A DNA stretch of 64,000 bases from Clostridia bacterium (lineage in GTDB: Bacteria > Bacillota > Clostridia > JAAYHZ01). This document shows, one piece after another, positions 38,532 to 49,437 of this stretch. Every line of letters starts with the position of its first letter. Positions within the stretch are counted from its first letter, which is position 1. The position numbers were made by a program, and so were the translations under genes. The stretch spans positions 64,001 through 128,000 of the forward strand of contig JBMNIH010000011.1 of the NCBI GenBank assembly GCA_050950825.1, in the 5' to 3' direction. The notes beneath the pieces were generated by a model. It saw only the letters and a program-made list of their open reading frames with translations. It was not told the DNA's origin and ran no database searches.

Positions 38532-40175
38532 ATGAAGTTATTTAAAAAATGGTGGTTCCTGGTCGTTACTGTTGTTATTGTTTTTATAATTATCATTCCC
38601 AAGGATGGAAATGTTCAGCAATCATCGACAGATCGAATATCAACATCCTCTGTTGCCACGACAACCGGCATCACAACTCAAGCAATAAAAGAGGAAACAA
38701 CCGAGAATAAAACAACGATATCTTCATCTATAACCGAAGTAACAACACAGAAAACAGAGAAACAAGAAACTATAAAATCCGAAACTTCAGTAACAGCTGA
38801 CACATCGACTGCCGATACAGCCGTCACAACAACCGCAGAAACTGCCGTTAAGCCGGTGACAGAATCCACAACAAAGCCCATATCCGAAACAACATCGAAG
38901 CAAACAACCGAAGCATCAACCAAGCCGATAACCGAGACGACAACCAAGGCAGTCACGGAAACTACAACAACGGCTGTAACCGGACCTGCCGTATCACCGG
39001 TAGCGGATAATCCGTTGGATGAAATACAAGTTTACTTTTTCGATGTCGGTTAAGCCGATTGCATATTAATTAAAACCGATGAAGCGGCAATGCTAATAGA
39101 CGCAGGAAATGACAACGACGGCATCGGTCTTGTATCGTATTTAACCGATCCGGGCATCGATCATTTCGATGTTTTGGTAGCGACACACCCGCACGAGGAT
39201 CATATCGGCGGTATGGATGAAATTATTAATGCTTTTGGAGCTTCCGTAATTTTTATGCCAGACGTGCAGTACGACTCTAAAAATTATAATGATATGCTTT
39301 ACGCAATTGAAAAAAATCATGTAGAAATCGTATACCCGAACGTTATGGACACGTTTTCACTTGACGGCATTTTATTCACGGTTTTATCTCCTGCAAGTGA
39401 CTATTATGACGATTTAAACGATTACAGCATTGTCCTTCGGATGGATTATAATGATATCTCATTTCTTTTCACCGGTGATGCGGAAACAAAGGCCGAAACG
39501 GAAATGCGAACAAATGACAATTTGAATCTTGATGTTGACGTTCTTAAAGCAAGCCTTCATGGGTCCGGTACAAGCAGCACTGCACAGTTCGTATATAAAG
39601 CCGGCCCTCGGTATGTAGTCATATCCGTCGGTGCCAATAATTCTTACGGACACCCGGATAACATTGTTTTAAATCGCTTTATAACTTACGGTGTCGAGGA
39701 AATTTACAGAAGCGACAAGGACGGTACGATTATAGCTGTGACGAACGGGTCTTCTATTGCATTTTCTACGATTGACACCGATATAGACGGTAGAGGATCA
39801 ACAGGTGCACCCGCTGTTACGACACCGGCCGTAACGACTCCGGTCGTAACTACATCGGCAACAACGGCACCGATAACAAGCACAAAGACTGTAGAAATAG
39901 TGAAAGTGGATAAAAAAGCAGAGATAGTAACCATTAGGAACAATACCTCGAATGATATCAATATGACCGGTTGGAGATTGGTTTCCGTAAAGGGAAATCA
40001 AGTTTTCAACTTTCCTGCAAATTATATTTTAAAAGCAAATAGTACGGTAACGATATCTTCGGGCGATTCGGCAGGAGATTTGCAATGGACGAAGGCCAAC
40101 GTTTGGAATAATAGCGAATCCGATCCGGCAGAATTATACAACGGAACCGTTTTAATTGACAGGTGGGATGATTAG
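38532..40175 (+). pseudogene. ComEC/Rec2-like MBL-fold hydrolase with Thr-rich linker and C-terminal lamin-tail domain, interrupted by in-frame TAA
   Basis: FFDVG*ADCILIK (canonical DVGQ.D); THPHEDHIGG, LNDYSIV, FTGDAE, SVGANNSYGHP, NMTGWRL. Stop at 39051-39053; both ORFs are in the same frame. Confidence 0.85.
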
Positions 40176-40457
40176 TTTAAAAGAGTGTAAATATTTCCGT
40201 TGCGGCGGAGGTTCTTCCGCAAATTCGGGCATTTAGTTGGGGGAAAGTCAAGAACAAAGAGCCGGAAAGTGTCTTCCGCCGTCTTTCCTTAAGCCTTTTT
40301 TCATCAAAAAAAATTGCCGAATGTTGCAAATGAATTTTGTAGAACCCTCGTTAATTGCTATTGAAGGGCAAAGGCGTTAACGATATGATGTATGTATGCT
40401 CGAAATTCCTTGATAAATCGATAAATTCTAAGGATCAATCCATGGGAGGATCTCAAC

Positions 40458-41732
40458 ATGATTTTTGGAGTGGCAAAAGAACTGATAACCCCGTATTTTA
40501 AAACCAATATTTCTTGTACCGGTGCTTTCGGATACCCCTTTGAAGGCATTCATGACGACGTTTACGTCAAAGCGGTGGTTCTGCAAGACGACAAAACAAA
40601 AGGCCTGATCATTGCTACCGATTTGTTGTTTCACAACCGAACCTTTTTCCTTTGGGCAAAAGAATACGCAAACAAGAAATACAATGTGCCGAAGGAACAA
40701 GTTGTGGTGAATCATTCTCACAACCATAACGCGCCTTCTTGCTTCGGATACGATGATGACCACGTATCCCAAGAATACGAAGACTTCTTAAAGGAAAGAT
40801 TGGAAAGGTGCATCGACAGAGCCTTTGCCAATACCTTTGAAGGCGAAATGTCCTATACCGCCGTAGAAGAATATTTCTTGAACATCAATAGGCGTCGGCT
40901 TATGGATGACGGTACCATCCAAAACCGTCCGAATCCGTTAGGACCGAAAGACAGCATGGTGGATATTCTAAAAGTATGCGATAAAAAGGGGAGAATACGC
41001 ATCCTTATGGTATGCTACTCTTGCCATCCCGCCACATACCCGGATCTGTTGGAAATCAGCTCCGAATACCCGGGCAGGCTGTGCCATAAGCTGGAAGATA
41101 CATTCTACGGATGTACCGCCGTATTCTTACAAGGCTCCGGCGGAAATGTAAAGACCAACATATCTTCAAGAGGAGATCGATATGTACGGACGACATACGA
41201 TGAAATCGACGAAATGGCAATGATATTGCAAAGCAAGATAACAAAAGCCATATTAAATCAACCGTTTTCCAAAGTGGACTTGGACCTTGGCGGAGTCGAG
41301 TTTGAGATTCCTTTGGAAGTCGAGCCGGCACCGAGAGAATATTTCCAAAACGCTATCGGCAAAAGGCCTTCAAAGCCTTTATTGGATCGTAACGCCATAA
41401 GAATTCTTGAAAACTACGATACCATGGAAAGCACCGTGATCCTGCACGGCGGAATATTGAAGCTTTCATCGGATCTGTGCATTGCCCATACGGGAGGAGA
41501 ACCCTGCTACGAAGTGGAAGAAATCGTAACAAAAGCGCTGGAAAACATAAAAGTAATATTCTCCGGATATTCCGATGCCATCGCCTACATTCCTACGGAC
41601 AAGCTGATACCCGAGGGCGGGTACGAGGTGGACAGCTTCTTGGAATACGGAAACAAAGGGCCCTTTAAAATCGGAATCGATCAAAAAGTATACGACGCCT
41701 TCAACAGCGGAAAAAAGAAGTTGTTTGGATAA
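40458..41732 (+). CDS. Neutral/alkaline ceramidase N-terminal-like amidohydrolase
   Basis: GIHDDVYVKA, SHNHNAP, NINRR, YSCHP, ISSEYPG, FLQGSGGN, YIPT...EGGYE. Confidence 0.7.
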   Translation: MIFGVAKELITPYFKTNISCTGAFGYPFEGIHDDVYVKAVVLQDDKTKGLIIATDLLFHNRTFFLWAKEYANKKYNVPKEQVVVNHSHNHNAPSCFGYDDDHVSQEYEDFLKERLERCIDRAFANTFEGEMSYTAVEEYFLNINRRRLMDDGTIQNRPNPLGPKDSMVDILKVCDKKGRIRILMVCYSCHPATYPDLLEISSEYPGRLCHKLEDTFYGCTAVFLQGSGGNVKTNISSRGDRYVRTTYDEIDEMAMILQSKITKAILNQPFSKVDLDLGGVEFEIPLEVEPAPREYFQNAIGKRPSKPLLDRNAIRILENYDTMESTVILHGGILKLSSDLCIAHTGGEPCYEVEEIVTKALENIKVIFSGYSDAIAYIPTDKLIPEGGYEVDSFLEYGNKGPFKIGIDQKVYDAFNSGKKKLFG

Positions 41733-41812
41733 TAAAGAATTTAAGAAAAACAAGATACGAACAGCCGGGCCGAACTTATCCTCGGCTGTTCCGTTTTGTT
41801 GCAAGTAAAAAT

Positions 41813-42118
41813 CTATTGTATAATATGATTTGCAAAAGGCTTAAAAATTTCAATTTTAATTGCGGTAAAGCCCGTGATTGCAAGAATCGTTCGTCCATAC
41901 GGATTGGCGTATATGATATTGAAAAAAGGCATCGCATCCTGTCGGTACATTTGAAAATAATGAATGGCGAAGTACATGGATACGATAAAAAATACGAAGG
42001 TAACAATTTTTTCGGCTTTCTTCCAAACCGAATAAAGAGGAAGTCTTTTGGCTTTCGGAAATTCTTTTACTTTTGCTTTTACAAAAGCCGTGCTTTCCTT
42101 CATGGAGACGATCTTCAT
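41813..42118 (-). CDS. Hypothetical small membrane protein
   Basis: GGAGG RBS before ATG 42118; two hydrophobic segments; follows the phosphatase gene. Confidence 0.45.
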   Translation of the reverse strand: MKIVSMKESTAFVKAKVKEFPKAKRLPLYSVWKKAEKIVTFVFFIVSMYFAIHYFQMYRQDAMPFFNIIYANPYGRTILAITGFTAIKIEIFKPFANHIIQ

Positions 42119-42146
42119 GTTCCCTTTTCCTCCCGGGACGGCCTCT

Positions 42147-42770
42147 TTAGGAATTGGCATCGGACTTTAAGTGGCTATGATCGTTTATGTAAAGCACCTT
42201 GCACTGATCGTTTTCAATGCGAAAACCGTTTAAACACGTATTGTGCTGAGCAAAGCGGATACCGCTTGCAGGATCAAGCCCCAGCAGGGCGGAGATGAAA
42301 AGACCGTTAAAGGTTCCGTGAGCAACAATCAAAATCCTTTCGCTTTCTTGGAATCTGTCCTTGATATACTCGACCATGTATTTTGCCCGTATGTATCCGG
42401 TTTCTCTTGTTTCATTCCCGGGATCGACCCAGCCTTGGTCCGAGTCCAAGATCTCATCCATCAGCCGTATGCCCGGGAAACGCTCTTTCAGCACTTTTCC
42501 GGGAATGCCCGTATGCTTATCCAAGCCTCGCACCTCTCGTAAGTGAAAATGAACCTCCGGCTTGGTTTCACGATTGGAGCATACGATCCATGCGGTCTCC
42601 AGGGCACGGACTAAGGGACTGCACAAAATATGATCAAAATGCTCGTTTTCCAACCGCTTCGCCAAAAGCCGGGCTTGCCGTAATCCCTGCTCCGTCAATT
42701 CCGGATCCGGGCAATCGTAGTCCACAATATTTCCTAAGGATTCTCCGTGTCTTACAAGTACGATTTCCAT
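42147..42770 (-). CDS. Histidine phosphatase (phosphoglycerate mutase-like)
   Basis: LVRHGES, SPLVRALET, LREV, IVAHG. Confidence 0.9.
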   Translation of the reverse strand: MEIVLVRHGESLGNIVDYDCPDPELTEQGLRQARLLAKRLENEHFDHILCSPLVRALETAWIVCSNRETKPEVHFHLREVRGLDKHTGIPGKVLKERFPGIRLMDEILDSDQGWVDPGNETRETGYIRAKYMVEYIKDRFQESERILIVAHGTFNGLFISALLGLDPASGIRFAQHNTCLNGFRIENDQCKVLYINDHSHLKSDANS

Positions 42771-42940
42771 TTTTACTTTTAACTCCCGTATTACGTTTTT
42801 TCTTTATTTCATTCGTCTTTGTTTCCCATTATACCGGCGGACGGGAATAGGAAGAATAAATATTTTTTAAACGTTCGAGAAAATCGACAAAAGAAAACCC
42901 CCTCCATGCTTTTCCGTCGCACTTCGGGGGTATACACTCT

Positions 42941-43786
42941 TTAGATTTTTTCTACCGGCAGCCAAATCTCGCAATATTGATCGTCCGGGTTATCCGTAGG
43001 CGGAGTGTACATTTCCACGATATATTTTCCTCCAAGCTTATACTCCTTGCAGCTCGGAAGCCATTCGCTCCAAATCCTCGTGTTTACATCCTGCAAGGAT
43101 TTCGGAAGCCTTCCTCTGCAGGGGAACACCGCCCATGTTCCCGCGGGGATCACTCTCGTTTCGAAGCCTTCGGGGACCTCGTTCCACGGAAGATAATTGT
43201 CGGCAATCATATAGTCGAATTTTGTCCCGTCGCCGTCCGCCCATATGCCGTACATTCCGCAAACAAATTTACCGTCTTCGCTATTGAAATGTTCATTCCA
43301 ATATTTCGGGATCATTTCGTATGCCGTTTCGGGGTAAAAGGTTTTCTACTTCCCCATCACCGTAAACTGCGCCTTTTCTACGATCTTGTACTCCAACATG
43401 GTACCGCCCTCCAACGTTACTTTGATTTTGAGACGTGCAAAGGATTTTAAACTTGCACCCTTTGCTTTTGCAGCCGAAGGAGAAATCCCGTGGAACCTTG
43501 TGAATGCTCGGGTAAAGCTGTCGGGAGAATCGTAACCGTATTTAAGAGCAACATCGATAATCTTTGCATCGGTACTCGATAATTCCTCTGCCGCCATGCT
43601 GAGCCTTCGATTTCGAATATACTCTCCTACGGAAAAACCGCACAGGACGCCGAATATTCTTTGAAAATAGAACGGGGAAATGTACGCTTTTTCGGCAATA
43701 TCCCGGATATCAAGCTCTTCCGTCAGATGATCCTCCATATACTCAATGGCATTTTGGATACCCTCAATCCATTCGATCATGTTCAA
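42941..43786 (-). pseudogene. AraC HTH + GyrI-like effector-binding regulator, interrupted by in-frame TAG
   Basis: N-terminal AraC HTH; VMGK*KTFYPETAYEMIPKYW continues in frame (stop 43346-43348) to IPAGTWAVF...IWSEWLP...EIWLPV. Confidence 0.85.
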
Positions 43787-43865
43787 TCCCTCTTCGACTT
43801 TATTTACATGATACCGGTTCGGTACTCCCTAATCCCGACTTTTTATGCTATCTGCTGCAGGAACT

Positions 43866-45434
43866 TTACGCTTCGGCGTATTCAATCCTGTTTCTTCCGG
43901 ACAGCTTCGCTTTGTACATCAAACGGTCGGCGATGGCCACAATCTCTTCTACGGACCTGTCCCTCTCGTACCGGACGGTAGCCACTCCCAAGCTTGCGGT
44001 AACGTATTCGCAAACGGGAGATTTTTTATGCTCTATTTTAAGGTCCCGAATCGTCTTTCGAATTTTATCCGCTATCTTCACGGCGGCATGAACGTCCGTA
44101 TCCGGCAATATGCAGGCAAACTCTTCTCCTCCGTAGCGAGCCGCCAAATCCACGGACCGGCTGATGCAGTCCGCCAACACTTTGCCGATTTGGCGCAAAC
44201 ATTCGTCTCCCGCAATATGGCCGTAATGGTCGTTGTATTCCTTAAAATGGTCGATATCCAGCATGATGACGGATAAGTAAGAGTTCGTACGGCTGAGTCT
44301 GGAATACTCCCGTTCCAACGTCATATCGAAGTTTCTTCGGTTTGCGATTCCCGTAAGGCCGTCCGTGTTGCTTAATTCCGTCAATAGGCGATTGGATTCG
44401 GCTAAAAGAAGCTCCATTTCCTTTCTGTCGTTAATGTCCGTCAGCATGGCAAAAGAGCCCTCGAATCTTCCGTATTCGTCAATCAAAGCCTTTGCGGAAA
44501 CCAAAAACCAATGTCTTTCCTTGTTCTTTGTTAACAAGCAAACCTCATACACCGAATCGTCGCCTTTTTTCCGAAGCGATTCCTGTTGCCTGTATATATC
44601 AAGCAGGTCCTCGGGAAACAAGGAGACGTAGGACATGCCGATCATTTCTTCTACGGTGTGTCCTAAGCTTGAAGCCATGTTTTGATTGGCAAAAGTTATT
44701 TCTTAATTTTCATTGAAGATGAGAATACCTTCGATAGAGGTCTCCACGATTCGTTGGAATCGAACTTCGCTTTCGATTAAGCTTTGCTGCATCTCCAATA
44801 CCTTCAAATCGCTTCTTTCCTTCGATATCATCAAAAGTAAAAAGGCGCTCATCAAGAACATGCAAAAGCTTAACCCGGGTATGACGGCGGATATGATGCC
44901 GCCTTCCAATCCCATGGCAATATCCGGCAGTATAAAGCAAACCACAGAGCCGATCAGAAAAACCGATCCCGTCACGAAGTAGCATACACCTAAAATCATT
45001 CGCATCGGAAATTTCAGATCGGATTTACCGAGCAAGAAAAAACCGGGCAGAAAGTAGAAAACGCTTTGGAGAAGAAAAAAGACGCCTACTCCATAGGGGG
45101 CAACGAGAAAGTAAGCGAGGTTGCATGCGAATATTATCACGATGAGGGTTGCAAGATGTACTTTTCTTTTTATGGATTGCCCCAATAAAATTCGTACGGC
45201 CCACGCTTCATAGGCACAGCCCGCTAGAAGAGACAAATTGGCCGGCACGGTTAAAAAGTCAAACCGATCGGTTCGAAGATAAAGCAACAAAAAACCTATA
45301 CCTTGCAGTATTTTAGCCAGTATCCAATAAGGCACCTTTTGGGGGTTGTTTTTGTTGTGTTTAAAGGCTACCAATAAAAGACCGAATAAAAAAGATCCGA
45401 TCGCCAACATGAGCATTACAGTATTTACGTCCAC
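43866..45434 (-). pseudogene. Membrane PAS-GGDEF diguanylate cyclase, interrupted by in-frame TAA
   Basis: TM region, then EGILIFNEN*EITFANQNMAS (stop 44703-44705, same frame); RSVD and RYGGEEF are intact. Confidence 0.85.
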
Positions 45435-45622
45435 GCTATTACCCTCACAAAAAAGCAGTCAATATACAAGCGGTTTGAAATAACGAATGAATATATATTC
45501 CTTTCACCGAGTATAATCATTGATATTATTAGTCAATTTTTCGGGATATGCAAGAAAAAATGAAACACACCGTAAAGGAATTCCGATTCCATTCGTCGTA
45601 TTTCAAAAAACAAATCTTCCTG

Positions 45623-46411
45623 CTATATCAATCTCCCTTTCCGAAAAGGCGCCGTCATAAAACGCCAAGCGGCTTTCCCTCCGTTAAGCCAACGGATTTG
45701 AACGCCGTTTTTTGCGTTCTGCAGAATTTTCGGTACGAAGTATCGGGCTACCGTTTCCGGTCGGTCCGCCAGTATGTTAAAGATCTTTTTAAACCGTTCA
45801 TCCGATATGACCTCCGACGGCTCCCCGTCGGGCGTCTTGGTTATGAAATCCGTCAGCATCATGCCCGGGGACAACCTTCCCGCAATGACGCCGGTACCCT
45901 TTAACTCCTTCGAGAGTCCCCTCATAAAGTAGGTTAATGCGCATTTTCCGGTTCCGTAAAGGATGGTCTTTTCTTGTATTCGGTTATCCGAGCCTAAGCC
46001 CTCCATGCTGTATATGGCACCGTAGCCTTGCTTGATCATGGCCTTCGCCGCGATTTGGGATCCGAAGATCATGCCTAAAACATTGGTGTTGATTACGCTT
46101 TTCGTATAGGCTTCTTCCGTTTCCCAAGAAAATGTATACGGCGTATTTTGCCCCGCGTTGTTGATCCATATATCGATACTTCCCCAACGCTTGCAGGATT
46201 CGTCCCAAAGATTTTGAATGCTTTTTTTGTCCTGAACGTTGCAGGGGACATAAAGGTATTTTCCTTCATAAGGGGAAAGCTCGGCTTGAGCATTCTCGGA
46301 AAGGGCCTCGCCCCTTCCCGAAAGGGTTACGTTGCACCCGTTTTTTAAGAATTCTTTTGCCATTGAAAAACCGATACCGCGGGTGCTGCCGGTGATTACC
46401 ACATTTTTCAC
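45623..46411 (-). CDS. SDR family oxidoreductase
   Basis: TGSTRGIG, WINNAG, YGTGK, LSPGM. Confidence 0.9.
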   Translation of the reverse strand: MKNVVITGSTRGIGFSMAKEFLKNGCNVTLSGRGEALSENAQAELSPYEGKYLYVPCNVQDKKSIQNLWDESCKRWGSIDIWINNAGQNTPYTFSWETEEAYTKSVINTNVLGMIFGSQIAAKAMIKQGYGAIYSMEGLGSDNRIQEKTILYGTGKCALTYFMRGLSKELKGTGVIAGRLSPGMMLTDFITKTPDGEPSEVISDERFKKIFNILADRPETVARYFVPKILQNAKNGVQIRWLNGGKAAWRFMTAPFRKGRLI

Positions 46412-46437
46412 GTTGCATCCTCCTTTGGCTATGAAAA

Positions 46438-47217
46438 TTACACAATCATGCTTTTTATTCTCTCATAAGCGATATTTAAAAACCTCGATGCCGACAGGCC
46501 TTCATACAGATCGGTAAACTCCGTATTCACTTCTAACGTTAGAGGACCCGGATAATGACATGCCTTTATCTTTTTCATGACGGATTCCCAATGGACGGTA
46601 CCGTCTCCCGGTAACAGGTGAAGATCTCCCGTTTCGTCGTTGTCGTGCAAATGAAGCGCAAAAAGCCTGTCACCGAAAAGGTCTAACAAATTCGCTCCTT
46701 TGGTAAAGCAATTCTCGTGGCCGCTGTCGTAGCAAAAGCCCAATCGATCCGATTGAATACGATCAAATACGAATTGTATGTGCTCAAACCTTCTTACATT
46801 CTCCATCGCGATATTGACGTTCTTTTGCTCCGCAAGCTCCGTCAAAGCCTTGATTCTTTGAAGGCCTAGCTCCGACGGCGGCGGCGGGGTGTCTCCGCCG
46901 GTAAGATGGAGGACCGTCGTAGGGATTTGATGTACCGAGCAATAAAGGATACACTGTTTATACCGGTTCATAATTTCCTCGGCCTGAAGGTCGTCCGTCC
47001 AAAGGAGGTTGGCATTGTCAAAGGGGGCATGGATGTTCTCCACCTCCAAGCCCAATGCCCTCGCTGCATCCGGCAAGGATTGCTTGTCCTTTTCATCGCC
47101 TTCCGGCTCATCGCCCCACCAAAGAAGCACGCTGTCAAAACCCGCTTCTTTTATCAATCGCAATCTTTCCTTATGTTCGATCCGATATCCGAACCAATTG
47201 TGTATACCTATTTTCAC
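46438..47217 (-). CDS. Sugar phosphate isomerase/epimerase family TIM-barrel protein
   Basis: IHAPF, IAMEN, CYDSGH, LHLHDN, DLHLLPGDG, LTLE. Likely GTG start at 47217. Confidence 0.85.
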   Translation of the reverse strand: MKIGIHNWFGYRIEHKERLRLIKEAGFDSVLLWWGDEPEGDEKDKQSLPDAARALGLEVENIHAPFDNANLLWTDDLQAEEIMNRYKQCILYCSVHQIPTTVLHLTGGDTPPPPSELGLQRIKALTELAEQKNVNIAMENVRRFEHIQFVFDRIQSDRLGFCYDSGHENCFTKGANLLDLFGDRLFALHLHDNDETGDLHLLPGDGTVHWESVMKKIKACHYPGPLTLEVNTEFTDLYEGLSASRFLNIAYERIKSMIV

Positions 47218-47246
47218 CGTATCCTTCCCTTTCCTTCGTCGTCGTT

Positions 47247-47858
47247 TTAAAAATAGAGTCGAATTACGTCTTTCGATGATAGCATATCCCACTTTATATT
47301 CCCTAAAAGAAAATATTGCCCGTATGGAATGTATGTTTCCTTGTCTATCCGGGTTTGGTCGTCGAAGGTCAAGCCGTGCCGCTTTAGAATGGTTTCGTAA
47401 GTACCGTTATTGTATATATGGGCGTGATATACTTCGGCATAAGGAACCAGCTCGGGCTTGCTTCGCATCGTATCGGGAGATAAATCGATAAGAGAGTGGG
47501 CGATATGCCTCGGTGTATTCGGATCAAAAAACAAAGCAAAAGCCGATTTTTTCGGAAGCTCCGAAAGGACGTCTTTCGGGAAAGTGTCGTACAGAGCTTG
47601 AAATTCCGGCGGCAGTCGGTCCTTCAAAATGGCATCCTCAATGGGTCCGACCTGCAAGTGGGCGAAGGACAGATAAGACCTTACCGCCAAATCCTGATAT
47701 TTCAGCAAATGAGCCACCTTGCCGAGCCCCAAATAGACGGACATTTCCTCGGGGTCGACCTTTAAGGCTTGAATGTAGCAATCCATCGCCTCTTTCAAAT
47801 ACCCTTGCCGCTTTAGGTCGGCACCTCGGTCCAAAAACTGCGCCAATTTATAACTCAT
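47247..47858 (-). CDS. TPR-containing hypothetical protein
   Basis: RGADLKRQGYLKEAMDCYIQALKVDP TPR pattern; GAGGTG RBS before 47858. Confidence 0.65.
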   Translation of the reverse strand: MSYKLAQFLDRGADLKRQGYLKEAMDCYIQALKVDPEEMSVYLGLGKVAHLLKYQDLAVRSYLSFAHLQVGPIEDAILKDRLPPEFQALYDTFPKDVLSELPKKSAFALFFDPNTPRHIAHSLIDLSPDTMRSKPELVPYAEVYHAHIYNNGTYETILKRHGLTFDDQTRIDKETYIPYGQYFLLGNIKWDMLSSKDVIRLYF

Positions 47859-48416
47859 CAAAAACACCTCTTTTTTTGCTCCGTCTGTCCCACCGAATAC
47901 ATAGCATGTTTTCTTTCCATATCCGAAAAAACAGCGGAAATCATCATTATTTGCCGAATACAAATGAAGCGAATCGTTTTTCTCGTCTTGCCTCCCTTTA
48001 AAAAAATCCTTTGACCGATTGTCGAATCCCTTTGTTTTTTTATGATTTTTCTCCGTCGTGTTAATGGCATTGGGATAACCCCGGTATAACCGAAAGAAAT
48101 AACGAAAAACCGAGGCGATGAAAAACAAAACCTCGTGTACGGGGCTTTGATATACTTGCCAAAAAACTGTAATATCTATATTCATCTTACACCAAGGGAA
48201 TATAATAAGTAAACAAAAGTTTTTCCGGGTTGATGCTTTCTTTGGTATGCCGGTATTGTATGAAAAATCCCGTGCCTTTCCCTATCGTTTTTTCATACAC
48301 ACGTAAAATATCCTTCCTTTTAAAATTTCCCGATTAACCGCGTCCGCTTTTTTCATCCGAACCAAAAATAACGGTAGAATATGATGGGTTTACGTGCAAA
48401 TATTGAAAAATGATTG

Positions 48417-48446
48417 TTGACAAAAAGAATCAAAGAGGAATATATT
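48417..48446 (+). promoter_or_regulatory. Sigma-A-type promoter of atp operon
   Basis: TTGACA-N18-TATATT. Confidence 0.55.
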
Positions 48447-48593
48447 AATTAACATGAAAATATACGGGTTGCTTTCGTAACGAAAAATGTACATATGCAT
48501 AAGTTAACGCTAAAAAGGAAAAAATGGCGGTAATATTAAAAAAGTTGTCCGCCTTTCCTTCGCTATGAAAGAAAACGCAAGGAGGACAAAGAA

Positions 48594-49403
48594 ATGACAA
48601 AAAAGATAAACAAAACGGTTATAATCCTATGGATCTGCGTCATATTGGTTTTGTTAGCAGCGTCTTTTTTTGTTGCTCCTCCCGATAGAAGCGGCGAATC
48701 CATTAAAGAACAGATGCGGGATGCGGTACTGCATGACGTCAACAAGATTAACTTTTTGGGAATCAAGGACGTAAACCCCGCCTTCATATCCGCCGTTGTC
48801 GTTACATCCTTTTTGCTGTTGGCCGGTGTATGTATACGCCTATTTGTCATACCGAAGTTTCAAATCATTCCCTCTAAGTTTCAGCTTTTGCTGGAGCAAT
48901 TGGTAGGGTTTTTTGCAAGCTTTGCGAAGGAGAAAAGCCCTCACCGATATCGTTTTTTAAGCGCCTATATCTTCGGAGCAGGCATGTACATCTTCTTCGG
49001 GACCTTGTTCGAACTGTTCGGAATCCAAGCCGTAACCGTAAACGGCCGCTCCATTGCTCTCCCCGCTCCCTTGGCGGACATTAACGGGGCCATTGCATTG
49101 GGGTGCTTATCCTACCTCATAGTTTTATTCGGAGGATTTTTTGGAAACGGGTTCAAGGGCGTAGGCTCAGCGCTGAAGGATTTTACGATGCCTCTTTCCA
49201 TGAGCTTTCGTCTGTTCGGAGCCCTTTTAAGCGGCGTATTGGTGACCGAGCTTTTGTACCATTATATATCTTTAAGCTTCGGACTGCCCGTGGTTGCGGG
49301 CGTGCTGTTCACCCTGCTGCATGCTTTGGTTCAGACGTACGTTTTGATTATGCTGACCGCTACTTCTTACGGAGAAGCATCCCATAAAAAAGAGAGAAAA
49401 TAA
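48594..49403 (+). CDS. atpB: F1Fo ATP synthase subunit a
   Basis: IPSKFQLLLEQ, PLSMSFRLFG, LVQTYV; first gene of the operon. Confidence 0.9.
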   Translation: MTKKINKTVIILWICVILVLLAASFFVAPPDRSGESIKEQMRDAVLHDVNKINFLGIKDVNPAFISAVVVTSFLLLAGVCIRLFVIPKFQIIPSKFQLLLEQLVGFFASFAKEKSPHRYRFLSAYIFGAGMYIFFGTLFELFGIQAVTVNGRSIALPAPLADINGAIALGCLSYLIVLFGGFFGNGFKGVGSALKDFTMPLSMSFRLFGALLSGVLVTELLYHYISLSFGLPVVAGVLFTLLHALVQTYVLIMLTATSYGEASHKKERK

Positions 49404-49437
49404 CGAGCAGGTATATGCCTGTAAGGAGGTTGTTACC

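Noticed and set aside
39051-44705. Alternative genetic code or stop-codon reassignment
   Set aside because: The interrupting codons differ (TAA, TAG, TAA), and both serve as normal stops in intact genes here, such as the atp operon.
47859-48185. N-terminal extension of the TPR ORF
   Set aside because: Low-quality sequence; the RBS supports the start at 47858.
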